This document shows, in pieces, positions 1 through 8,675 of a stretch of 64,000 nt of DNA (within the stretch, counting starts at the first letter, position 1; each line of letters begins with the position of its first letter). The position numbers and the translations under genes are program-made. This stretch comes from an uncultured Bacteroidota bacterium. Lineage in GTDB: Bacteria; CLD3; SB21. Where the stretch lies: positions 677 through 64,676 of the forward strand of contig CAZHUW010000001.1 in assembly GCA_964535295.1 (NCBI GenBank). Reading direction: 5' to 3'. The notes under the pieces were generated by a model. That model had not been told where the DNA came from and did not search any database. It saw nothing but the letters and a program-made list of their open reading frames with translations.

Positions 1-200
1 TCGGTATCGTGATCATTGCATCGATTCCAAGTCCGGGCTTGAAAGAACTGGGCATCATCATGGCGCTGACCCCAAAATACCGGCGCACCGGATTTTGGCT
101 CATGTATGCGGGAGGAATCATAAAGACCGTAGGTACCTTGCTGGTGTACGGCGGGCTTTACAAAGCTTTTCATCAACTGTTTCAGCAGACTTTTTCCTGA
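1..200 (+). CDS. 3' end of a gene that starts upstream of the window (phase begins at nt 3). Hydrophobic C-terminal fragment of a membrane protein, function unknown.
   Basis: Open frame from the window edge to TGA at 198-200. Hydrophobic, Gly-rich translation. No internal start is needed. Confidence 0.3.
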   Translation, partial: GIVIIASIPSPGLKELGIIMALTPKYRRTGFWLMYAGGIIKTVGTLLVYGGLYKAFHQLFQQTFS

Positions 201-236
201 CGGTTTCCCCAACCACTTATTCGGAGGAAAGTTACC

Positions 237-1040
237 ATGGCAGGCATTATCATCGGTCTTGCGCTTATCGGGTTAAGCATATTGCTTATCTTTTTGCGCA
301 GAAAGAGCCAGGATAAACTCCTGGAGATCAAATCTACTCAAACATCCTCAACTAAAGACCTTGCCGATCTTTGCCAATCGGTTAAAGACGGGATAGGAAA
401 CAGCGGTGGATTCAAACAGCTCTCGGAAGTCAAAGGTATCGTTAAATGTGCTAAACCGTTGAGCGGCGAATTATCGAAACAGCCGTGCGTGTACTACACT
501 ATGGATGTATCTGAGCGCTATGAAGAAACGTACTACGAAAAAGATTCCAAAGGCAACAGCGTCCGACGTACTCGTACGGGTTCCACGACGGTCGCCAGTA
601 ATTCCCAGTCCGTCCATTTTGAAGTGGAAGACGCCTCCGGACGCATTACGGTCAATCCTAACGGCGCGGACATCGATCCGGTTCAGGTCGTAAGCAAATA
701 CGAACCCAGTATGCAGGGCCGCAATTCCATTTCTTTCGGCAGCTTCTCCTTCAATGTCGCGCGGAGTACCGGCGATCGTAAGATCCTCGGATATGAGTTC
801 ACTGAGAAGATCATTCCGCTCGACCGGCGTGTTTATGTGATCGGCGAAGCATCGGATTCTACGGGTGAACTGATGATTCAGCAGCCTTCTGAAAAAGGAA
901 AGCCATTCATTGTCACGTTGAAATCGGAAGAAGAACTCACAAAGGGAACAGAGTCGAATATCAAAGCTTTAATGATCGGCGCCATCGTCAGTCTGATAGC
1001 AGGATTGGGAGCGATCGCTTATGGAATCATCGGAAAGTAG
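237..1040 (+). CDS. Hypothetical membrane-anchored protein with an N-terminal and a C-terminal TM helix around a ~220-aa soluble domain. Possibly a GIDE-like domain.
   Basis: 267-aa ORF. TM helices at residues ~3-20 and ~243-265. The GIDE assignment is only a recollection of a similar bacterial architecture, not a verified match. Confidence 0.5.
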   Translation: MAGIIIGLALIGLSILLIFLRRKSQDKLLEIKSTQTSSTKDLADLCQSVKDGIGNSGGFKQLSEVKGIVKCAKPLSGELSKQPCVYYTMDVSERYEETYYEKDSKGNSVRRTRTGSTTVASNSQSVHFEVEDASGRITVNPNGADIDPVQVVSKYEPSMQGRNSISFGSFSFNVARSTGDRKILGYEFTEKIIPLDRRVYVIGEASDSTGELMIQQPSEKGKPFIVTLKSEEELTKGTESNIKALMIGAIVSLIAGLGAIAYGIIGK

Positions 1041-1056
1041 AATTTTTATTCATTAA

Positions 1057-1785
1057 ATGGAGTATGGCATGAAAACAAAATCATTGATAAAGATCGGTTT
1101 AACGTCGATCATATTTTTTCTTTCTGTTGATATAGTGATGGGACAGAACTGCGATACCTTCTATCCTCTCAAAAAAGGAAATTCCTTTGAAATGCAGGAG
1201 TTTGACGGACAGAACAAATTGATGGGTACCAATGTCGTTACCGTCAAAGACCGAATTGATGCGGGCGGCACAGCTGAAGCGACCATGTTGGGTACGCACA
1301 CGAATGCCAAAGGAAAATCGGATGCATCGGTTGAATTCAAGGTCAAATGTGACGGAGTTTCATTTTATATGGATCTTCAGACTTTTGCTAATTCCATGGA
1401 GAAACAGAAAGACATGGAATTGAAAATAGACGGAGGCTTCTCTGAAATGCCTTTGAAAGGTATGAAAGTCGGCGACCAGCTGAAAGAAGCGGTTATGAAA
1501 ATGCACATGATACAAAAAGGACAAGAGATGGGCCTTATGGTCTCGACCGTTCGCAGAAAAGTGGAGGCAAAACAGTCGGTTGTAGTCCCGGCTGGGACAT
1601 TTGAGTGTTATAAGATCGCTGTCGAAGTAGAGACCGTAATGGAAATGATGGGGATGAAAATGCCGGCCGGCAAATCGCAGCATGTTGAGTATTTTTCAGT
1701 CGGTATCGGGACGGTCAAGTCGGAAGTTTACGACAAGAACGGCAAATTGGCGCATTATTCAGTATTAAGCAAAATAACAAAATAA
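1057..1785 (+). CDS. Secreted hypothetical protein with a signal peptide.
   Basis: 242-aa ORF with an N-terminal hydrophobic signal-like segment (IGLTSIIFFLSVDIVMGQ). No domain recognised. Confidence 0.5.
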   Translation: MEYGMKTKSLIKIGLTSIIFFLSVDIVMGQNCDTFYPLKKGNSFEMQEFDGQNKLMGTNVVTVKDRIDAGGTAEATMLGTHTNAKGKSDASVEFKVKCDGVSFYMDLQTFANSMEKQKDMELKIDGGFSEMPLKGMKVGDQLKEAVMKMHMIQKGQEMGLMVSTVRRKVEAKQSVVVPAGTFECYKIAVEVETVMEMMGMKMPAGKSQHVEYFSVGIGTVKSEVYDKNGKLAHYSVLSKITK

Positions 1786-1806
1786 AAGACAGGACAGGAG
1801 CATATA

Positions 1807-2319
1807 ATGTTATCCAAAAACCTTCAAGCTGCTATTAACGAACAGATCAACAAAGAATTCTTTTCGGAATACCTGTATCTTTCAATGGCCGCCCACTGTA
1901 ATACAGCCAATATGGATGGTTTTGCCAATTACTTTCTTGTCCAGGCGCAGGAAGAACATTTCCACGCCATGAAATTCTTCAATTTCGTCAATGACCGTGG
2001 CGGCAAAGTTGAACTTAAAGCGATCGCGGGCCCGAAAGTTCACTTTAAATCCCTCATCGAGATCTTTGAAGAAACGCTGGAACATGAAAAATTGGTGACC
2101 GCGTCGATCAATAAACTCATGGATATCGCCATCAAAGAAAAAGATCACGCATTGATCAGTTTTTTAAAGTGGTATGTGGATGAACAGGTGGAAGAAGAAT
2201 CCACCGTCGGGAAAATTCTGCATAAACTTAAATTGATCGATGGGGACGGACACGGCCTGCTTATGATCGATAGTGAATTGGCCGCCAAAGTTTTCACGCC
2301 GCCTGCAGAAAATAACTAG
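1807..2319 (+). CDS. ftn: Non-heme ferritin (ferritin-like diiron-carboxylate protein).
   Basis: 170 aa. Ferroxidase-centre residues in the ferritin pattern (E..Y ... EEHFH ... E). Whole-length resemblance to bacterial FtnA. Confidence 0.85.
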   Translation: MLSKNLQAAINEQINKEFFSEYLYLSMAAHCNTANMDGFANYFLVQAQEEHFHAMKFFNFVNDRGGKVELKAIAGPKVHFKSLIEIFEETLEHEKLVTASINKLMDIAIKEKDHALISFLKWYVDEQVEEESTVGKILHKLKLIDGDGHGLLMIDSELAAKVFTPPAENN

Positions 2320-2383
2320 CTCACTGACATAATGCGGCGCGGGTATCGTACCTGCGCTGTTAACTCATCTAACGGATACAATT

Positions 2384-4387
2384 ATGCCGCGCGATATCCC
2401 CGTCGGTAATGGAAGTTTATTGATCGGATTTGATAAGAACTATTATATCCGGGACCTTTATTACCCTTTTGTAGGGAAAGAAAATCACGTACAAGGAAAC
2501 GAATGTAAATTCGGGGTATGGGCGGACGGCCAATTCGCCTGGATGCACGATGCATGGGAGAAGGAACTCAATTATCTCGATGACACGATGGTATCGGAAG
2601 TAACCCTGACGCACCGGACTCTGGGCCTGCAACTTATATGCAACGATGCCGTTGATTTTTATGAAAATATCTACTTGAGAAAGATCACCGTCAAAAACCT
2701 TCTCGACAAACCGCGTGATGTGCGTGTGTTTTTCCATCATGGGTTCAATATTTCAGAATCCGATGTCGGCGATACGGCCCTGTTCGATCCCAAAATCGGT
2801 TGTATCCTGCACTACAAAAGCGATCGTTTCTTTTTGATGAATTTTTACAACGATGACCATTTCGGTGTGGATCATTATGCTATTGGAAAAAAGGGAGGCG
2901 GCCTTGAAGGAACATGGCGCGACGCCGAAGACGGAGAACTCGAAATGCATGCGATCGCACAGGGTTCCGTGGACTCAACCATAGGCATGTTCTTATCTGT
3001 TCCGCCCAAAGGAACCGACGATTTTTATTACTGGATCATTGCCGGTAAAACATACGGAGAATGTGCAAATAACAACAGTTTTATCCGGCAATACAATCCG
3101 GATCGCGTTTTAAAACGCATTACTGACTATTGGAAACTGTGGATAGAGAAAGAAAAGATAAATTTTGACAACCTGCCCGCGCCGATCATCCGTCTATTCA
3201 AACGCAGCCTCATCACGATCCGCTCTCAAATAGATAACAACGGCGCGATCATTGCAGCTAACGATTCCGATATCACTTTTGAAGGGCGCGACACTTACAG
3301 TTATATGTGGCCGCGGGACGGCGCCCTGGTGGCGTATGCCATGGATCTTGCCGGATACGGAGCGGTAACCCGCCGCTTTTTTGAATTCTGCGCGCGTGTG
3401 ATCAAAGATAACGGATATCTGCTCCATAAATACAATCCTAACGGCACATTGGCGAGTTCCTGGCATCCGTGGGTCAAAGACGGGCACACACAGTTGCCTA
3501 TTCAGGAGGATGAAACGGCGCTGGTAGTGTGGTCGCTCTGGAAACATTATGAGAAATACCATGACGTGGAATTCATTCAGCCGTTATACGGGCCTCTTGT
3601 TATTCGAACGGCTGATTTCATGTGCCATTTCCGCAATGAAAAAACCGGATTGCCTCATCCGTCATATGATCTTTGGGAGGAACGGCACGGTATCCTGACT
3701 TTTACTACCGCCGCAGTCATTGCCGGATTGAAGGCCGCTTCGAATTTCGCCCGGCTTTTCGGAGAAACAGACAAAGCTCAAAAATACTCAGAGACAGCCG
3801 ATACCATGAAAAGCGGCATGGATAGGTATTTGTACAGCAACGAACAAAAGAGATTTGTACGGATGGCAAATCAAAAAGCCGACGGATCCTTTGAATATGA
3901 TATGACCGTCGATGCAAGCATGTACGGCATATTTGCGTTCGGCGCATATCATCCGATGGATGAAAAGGTGATGTCTACGATGAAAGCAATCAAAGATAGA
4001 TTATGGTGTAAAACTGAGGTTGGCGGGGTCGCGCGGTATGAAAATGATTATTATCACCAGGTAAGCCGGGATATCGGGAGTGTGCCCGGTAATCCGTGGT
4101 TCATTTGTACCATGTGGCTTGCGCAATATCAGATCGCAAAAGCAAAAACCAAGACCGAACTTAGCGAAGCTTTATCGACACTCGAATGGGTCGCATCACG
4201 TTCACTCAAATCCGGCATACTAGCAGAGCAGGTTCACCCCTACTCCAACGCGCCGCTCTCCGTTTCCCCGCTCACATGGAGCCACGCCACCGTCGTCATG
4301 TGCGTTATGGAATATCTGAACAAACTCGAAACGCTGGAATCCTGCGCGTCCTGCGCGCAGCCGCTTTTTCACGTACATTCCAAATAA
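2384..4387 (+). CDS. Glycoside hydrolase family 15 glucoamylase / glucodextranase-like enzyme.
   Basis: 667 aa. WPRDGALVAYAMDLAGY and a following (alpha/alpha)6 catalytic-domain pattern typical of GH15. An N-terminal beta-sandwich region. Confidence 0.8.
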   Translation: MPRDIPVGNGSLLIGFDKNYYIRDLYYPFVGKENHVQGNECKFGVWADGQFAWMHDAWEKELNYLDDTMVSEVTLTHRTLGLQLICNDAVDFYENIYLRKITVKNLLDKPRDVRVFFHHGFNISESDVGDTALFDPKIGCILHYKSDRFFLMNFYNDDHFGVDHYAIGKKGGGLEGTWRDAEDGELEMHAIAQGSVDSTIGMFLSVPPKGTDDFYYWIIAGKTYGECANNNSFIRQYNPDRVLKRITDYWKLWIEKEKINFDNLPAPIIRLFKRSLITIRSQIDNNGAIIAANDSDITFEGRDTYSYMWPRDGALVAYAMDLAGYGAVTRRFFEFCARVIKDNGYLLHKYNPNGTLASSWHPWVKDGHTQLPIQEDETALVVWSLWKHYEKYHDVEFIQPLYGPLVIRTADFMCHFRNEKTGLPHPSYDLWEERHGILTFTTAAVIAGLKAASNFARLFGETDKAQKYSETADTMKSGMDRYLYSNEQKRFVRMANQKADGSFEYDMTVDASMYGIFAFGAYHPMDEKVMSTMKAIKDRLWCKTEVGGVARYENDYYHQVSRDIGSVPGNPWFICTMWLAQYQIAKAKTKTELSEALSTLEWVASRSLKSGILAEQVHPYSNAPLSVSPLTWSHATVVMCVMEYLNKLETLESCASCAQPLFHVHSK

Positions 4388-4388
4388 A

Positions 4389-4423
4389 AAAGCTGCCGTA
4401 AACCATCCGTTCACAGCAGCTTT
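4389..4423. terminator. Weak hairpin between the convergent GH15 and cNMP/REC genes.
   Basis: AAAGCTGC (4389-4396) pairs with GCAGCTTT (4416-4423). The loop is 19 nt. Short A and T runs flank it. Confidence 0.35.
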
Positions 4424-4444
4424 GCACAAATTGTATTTTAATGT

Positions 4445-5542
4445 CTACGGGATCATTTTTTCTACCGTCTCCGCCATATGGTTGACATCCTGTGAATCCA
4501 CCATGGCAGAATTTGTCACGGTCTTCAGCTGATTGACGACCGCGGCATCGGTATTGGAATCGGTGATAAAAATGAACGGGATGTCCTGATAGGAAGAATT
4601 CTCTCGGATCTGCTGGCAAAAATCGTAACCCGAGATCTCATCGTATTTAAAATCAGAAATGATCACATTCGGTTTCAGTGTACGCAGTGCCGATATACCT
4701 TCCGTGATACTGTCGACCGTTTTAACGGTATGGCCGAGGCCGGTAAGATTTTTTTCGATCACTTTGCGAACGACCATGCTGTGATTGATCACCAAGACCG
4801 AACCCGTTTTTTTTGACGCTTTTTCACTTTCTGCGGGCTTGGCCTCCTCCCCGTCAAACGAGATGATCTTGGGTTTGATGATAAATTGACCGTCTTCCCA
4901 GCTCATCATCTGATCGAGGGCTTCATCATCGTTGAAATCCCTGAGTTTGATATTTTGCAGAACCCCTTTTTCGTAGGTAATGACCGCCGTGTCGCTTCCG
5001 TGGGTCACCTCAAGGCTTCCGGTCAGAGAATTGGATTCGCAGAACGCAATGACTTCCGTAATATGTTTGTCTTTAAGGCTTCCTGAAGGACCCGCCGGCG
5101 CCGCCGATTTCATCTGCTTCGCTTTTTCAGAGACCACGGTATTCGTCTCGCGCAAACGCTGGCTCATGATCTTGCTCATGGCGATCGAGATCGACGGATA
5201 TTTCTCCAGGATCACATCAAAATCATCTTTTTCGAGCACGAAGGTCTCCGTATCCTCGGCCGCATTGACCGTTGCGGATCGCGGTTCCCCGGTCAATAAA
5301 GACATCTCTCCGAAGTAATTGCCGGCGCCGATATGCGCCAGAACTTCATTGTTAGCGGCCATAACGGCAACTTTGCCGCTGAGTACGATATACATTTTAT
5401 CGCCCGGATCCCCGACCTTGCAGATGGTACTGTTGGACTTGAATTGTTTGAATTTCAGTTTTTCTGTGATAAAGTCAATACTATCGCGGCCCAGAGAGCG
5501 GAAAAAAGGTACTTGTTTGAGAATCTCGCCAATTTGAATCAT
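4445..5542 (-). CDS. Multidomain signalling protein: N-terminal cyclic-nucleotide-binding domain, central DUF4388/PATAN-like domain, C-terminal atypical (pseudo-)receiver domain.
   Basis: cNMP signature ...YFGEMSLLTGEPRSATVNA. The C-terminal CheY-like fold has the phospho-Asp (IISDF) and the Thr (FITDS), but the acidic pair reads NH (VLVINHS) and there is no KP motif. GGAGG SD lies 6 nt upstream of the ATG at 5542. Confidence 0.8.
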   Translation of the reverse strand: MIQIGEILKQVPFFRSLGRDSIDFITEKLKFKQFKSNSTICKVGDPGDKMYIVLSGKVAVMAANNEVLAHIGAGNYFGEMSLLTGEPRSATVNAAEDTETFVLEKDDFDVILEKYPSISIAMSKIMSQRLRETNTVVSEKAKQMKSAAPAGPSGSLKDKHITEVIAFCESNSLTGSLEVTHGSDTAVITYEKGVLQNIKLRDFNDDEALDQMMSWEDGQFIIKPKIISFDGEEAKPAESEKASKKTGSVLVINHSMVVRKVIEKNLTGLGHTVKTVDSITEGISALRTLKPNVIISDFKYDEISGYDFCQQIRENSSYQDIPFIFITDSNTDAAVVNQLKTVTNSAMVDSQDVNHMAETVEKMIP

Positions 5543-5562
5543 TCCATGCCTCCGAAGAGCTC

Positions 5563-5599
5563 AGTTTCAGCCAAAAATTGTTACAAACAAGGTGAAACT
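5563..5599. promoter_or_regulatory. Inverted repeat AGTTTCA-N23-TGAAACT in the leader/promoter zone of the cNMP/REC gene.
   Basis: 7-bp perfect arms at 5563-5569 and 5593-5599, 20-55 nt upstream of the start codon. Confidence 0.25.
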
Positions 5600-5606
5600 A
5601 AGAAAA

Positions 5607-5816
5607 TTAGAAGAAGATAGCAAGTTTTTTTAGGACGTAGACAATGAAGATAATGAGCAGAATAAGAAAGAAAAATCTCTTAGTGAAAGGAAAAGTCACG
5701 GACGTCGACCGCTTGAACCGAATTCGCTGCTTGAGTTTTTCTTCGGGATCCTTCTCCGGCTTATAATATAGCGGCGTATAATCGAAGGTCTTGTGTTTTT
5801 CAGCTTTAAACATCAT
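5607..5816 (-). CDS. Small hypothetical protein with a C-terminal TM helix, translationally coupled to the epimerase gene upstream.
   Basis: 69 aa. Its start overlaps the epimerase stop by 4 nt (ATGA). Charged N-terminal half, hydrophobic C-terminal helix. Confidence 0.35.
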   Translation of the reverse strand: MMFKAEKHKTFDYTPLYYKPEKDPEEKLKQRIRFKRSTSVTFPFTKRFFFLILLIIFIVYVLKKLAIFF

Positions 5817-6835
5817 AGTGATTCCAATATACCGATTCCCGGCTTGTCAGTCAAAATAATTTTTCCGTTTTTAATTTCCATGCCGCTGAACGAGCAGTCG
5901 TCAATAAGCAAATGGCCATCCAGGTCTGCAAAATCGACCAGCGGAGAAATATGTCCTGCCGCAGTAGAACCGATAACAGTCTGGATCATGCAGCCTATCA
6001 TCGTTTTAAGCCCGTTCGCACGTGCAGTTTTGATCATTTGAAGGGCTTCGCTTAAGCCGCCGCATTTATCGAGTTTGATATTGATCCCGTGAAAAGATTC
6101 CCTCAGTAATGGAATATCTGAATCCGTTTTTACGCTTTCGTCGGCAAACAAAGGCAAAGCAGAACGTTGTTTGAGCCAGATCATATCATCGGTATTTTCC
6201 TTAGGCAAAGGCTGTTCGATCAATTCAACCCCTTGCCCGGCCAACCAGTCAATCTTTTTTGCGGCCTCATCTTTGCTCCAGCCTTCATTGACGTCAATAC
6301 GAAGCCTCTTCGATGTAGATTTCCGGATAGTATTAATGATATCGTAATCCCGCTCACCCACCCCCAGCTTGATCTTCAGGATCGGATAAGGTTCCGCTTC
6401 TCTTATTTTTTGCTCGATCATACCCAATTCATCAATGCCGATCGTAAAAGAGGTTACCGGCGTATCAGACATAGATAAACCAAAATATTTATACAACGGG
6501 CTTTGCAATTTTTTCCCGACCCAATCATGCAAAGCCATATCGATTCCCGATCTTGCGGAAAAATTATACGGGAACAACTCCGATAAAGTGTGCATAATTT
6601 CACCGACATTAAACGGATCCTTAAGACGACTAAGAGTTTTGCCGGCTTCGGTCAAACAAGTTAATACGCTCTCCGGCGGTTCGCCATAGTAGCGCGAAGG
6701 CGACGACTCACCGATGCCGGTGATTCCTTCGTGTTCGATACGAATGATGATGACGTCTTTTGAGTCAATTCGGGAATCGGATAGAATGAAAGGGTGGAGG
6801 AGACGCAGTGATCTTAATTTATATATTAAACGCAT
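5813..6835 (-). CDS. Enolase-superfamily dipeptide epimerase (L-Ala-D/L-Glu epimerase-like, MR/MLE family).
   Basis: 340 aa. N-terminal capping domain (IGESSP), then a KxK...D...E...D barrel pattern (KIKLG, IDVNEGW). Size fits the AEE-type epimerases. Confidence 0.7.
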   Translation of the reverse strand: MRLIYKLRSLRLLHPFILSDSRIDSKDVIIIRIEHEGITGIGESSPSRYYGEPPESVLTCLTEAGKTLSRLKDPFNVGEIMHTLSELFPYNFSARSGIDMALHDWVGKKLQSPLYKYFGLSMSDTPVTSFTIGIDELGMIEQKIREAEPYPILKIKLGVGERDYDIINTIRKSTSKRLRIDVNEGWSKDEAAKKIDWLAGQGVELIEQPLPKENTDDMIWLKQRSALPLFADESVKTDSDIPLLRESFHGINIKLDKCGGLSEALQMIKTARANGLKTMIGCMIQTVIGSTAAGHISPLVDFADLDGHLLIDDCSFSGMEIKNGKIILTDKPGIGILESL

Positions 6836-6839
6836 GATT

Positions 6840-7505
6840 TCAATTCAATAGGCCGACGATCAGGTTATTGAGTAAGCCAAGCAAAAAAGCAAAAATCGGA
6901 GCCATAACACGATTAATGATTCCAAGCGCCATCATCGCTACGAGTATGAACATGCCGGTAAAGCCCAGGCTGCGGTATTGCTCACCCAAATGCGGCGGAA
7001 GAAGGCTGGCGACCACATGCGACCCGTCCAAGGGTGGGATCGGAAAAAGATTGAATAACGCCAAAATCAAATTGATCTCGATACTATACTTCATGAATTC
7101 CAAAGCAAATTCAGCCATCTGAACACTGCTTTGAGATGTCGGTTCCACACTTTGATATATTAAAGATATCGTCACAATAAACAGAGCTGAAATAATAGCA
7201 AGGATAAAATTGGACGCCGGACCCGCCATAGAAACATAGATATCGTCACGGCGAAAATTTCTGAAATTATTCGGATTAACCGGAACGGGTTTGGCCCAGC
7301 CGAAAAGGATACCCGCATTAGTAACGGCCAGCAGAACAGGAATGATAATCGTCCCCCAAAGATCAATATGTTTGATCGGATTGAGCGTGATCCGTCCCTC
7401 GCGGTCTGCGGTGTCGTCGCCGCACCATTTGGCTACCAGCCCGTGCGCGCATTCGTGGATCACAACGGCAAAGATCAAAACGGGTAAAAATACTAGCTGA
7501 ACCAA
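6840..7505 (-). CDS. Site-2 protease family (M50) intramembrane zinc metalloprotease.
   Basis: 221 aa, polytopic. HExxH (HECAHGLVA) in the first TM region and an LDG motif (PIPPLDGSHV). Confidence 0.8.
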   Translation of the reverse strand: MVQLVFLPVLIFAVVIHECAHGLVAKWCGDDTADREGRITLNPIKHIDLWGTIIIPVLLAVTNAGILFGWAKPVPVNPNNFRNFRRDDIYVSMAGPASNFILAIISALFIVTISLIYQSVEPTSQSSVQMAEFALEFMKYSIEINLILALFNLFPIPPLDGSHVVASLLPPHLGEQYRSLGFTGMFILVAMMALGIINRVMAPIFAFLLGLLNNLIVGLLN

Positions 7506-7594
7506 GACATTATCCTTTCGTTAGTGATACAATCGATGGATTATGTATACAAAAAATCAGTTCCAATGTCAATCGAATATTGCGCTTGAAGAGC

Positions 7595-8287
7595 CTATTC
7601 TAAACGTTTTTCAAAATATTTCTTTCCTGCGATCAGGATCACGAATTCACCGCGTGGTTCGTGCTTTTCAAAATGAGCTCTTAATTCTTCCGGGCTGCCC
7701 TGAATAACTTCTTCAAATTTTTTCGTTAATTCCCTTGCTATGACCACGTGACGCGGCCCCATATATTCTTCGATCTCCGTCAGTGTTTTCATTACACGAT
7801 AAGGCGATTCATACAAAATGATCGTCCGGTCTTCTTCTGCCAGTACTTTCCACGCCGATTGCCGCCCTTTCTTGTGCGGCAGGAATCCTTCAAAAACAAA
7901 ACTGTCCGTCGGAAGTCCGGAAACAGAAATGGCTGCCAGAGCCGCATTAGCTCCCGGAACAGGTACAACGGGTATCCCCTCTTTTCGTGCTTCACGCACA
8001 AGCTTAAACGCAGGATCGGATATCGTCGGAGTTCCCGAGTCGGACACTACCGCAACGGATTTTCCCGACTGAAGCGCCGCGATCATCTCCGGTATCTTTT
8101 TGATCTCATTATGTTCAAAAAAACTCGTCAATTGGTTAGCGATCTGGTAGTGGTCAAGCAGGATGCGCGTCTGGCGGGTATCTTCGCAGGCGATCAGATC
8201 CGCTTCTTTTAAGATACGCAGCGCCCTCAGTGTGATGTCTTCAAGATTCCCGATGGGCGTGGATACGATGTACAATGTTCCGCTCAT
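7595..8287 (-). CDS. rsmI: 16S rRNA (cytidine1402-2'-O)-methyltransferase RsmI.
   Basis: N-terminus LYIVSTPIGNLEDITLRALRILKEADLIACEDTR is the tetrapyrrole-methylase-fold RsmI signature. Length 230 aa. Confidence 0.9.
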   Translation of the reverse strand: MSGTLYIVSTPIGNLEDITLRALRILKEADLIACEDTRQTRILLDHYQIANQLTSFFEHNEIKKIPEMIAALQSGKSVAVVSDSGTPTISDPAFKLVREARKEGIPVVPVPGANAALAAISVSGLPTDSFVFEGFLPHKKGRQSAWKVLAEEDRTIILYESPYRVMKTLTEIEEYMGPRHVVIARELTKKFEEVIQGSPEELRAHFEKHEPRGEFVILIAGKKYFEKRLE

Positions 8288-8625
8288 TTCATTTTCTTCG
8301 CTGTTAAAATGATATCTTCTTCCAGGGCCTTGAAATCAGAGTCCAGTATCGATTGCTGTGAAATGATCAACGTTCTAAAACCCGTAAAATAAGATTTGTT
8401 CTTCCTGAAAACTTCTCTGAAAACCCTTTTATAATAGTTTCGCGTTACCGCGTTGCCGGTTCTTTTCCCGCACATGAATCCGACCTGCATGGGAACATCT
8501 TCCGAAGCCTCTATTGGCGAATATAAAAAATAAACAAACCGGCCGGATGCCTTCTTCCCGCCTTGAAATAATTTTTCAATCGTATCCCGCCGTGTAATGA
8601 TCATTTTTTTTGGAAGCGTTTCCAT
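8284..8625 (-). CDS. rnpA: Ribonuclease P protein component RnpA.
   Basis: 113-aa basic protein. The motif GFMCGKRTGNAVTRNYYKRVFRE matches the RnpA RNR motif region. Overlaps rsmI by 4 nt. Confidence 0.65.
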   Translation of the reverse strand: METLPKKMIITRRDTIEKLFQGGKKASGRFVYFLYSPIEASEDVPMQVGFMCGKRTGNAVTRNYYKRVFREVFRKNKSYFTGFRTLIISQQSILDSDFKALEEDIILTAKKMK

Positions 8626-8675
8626 AAGCTTATTATTACTCAGAGGAATACAAACTCATTCGGAATTGTGAAAAA

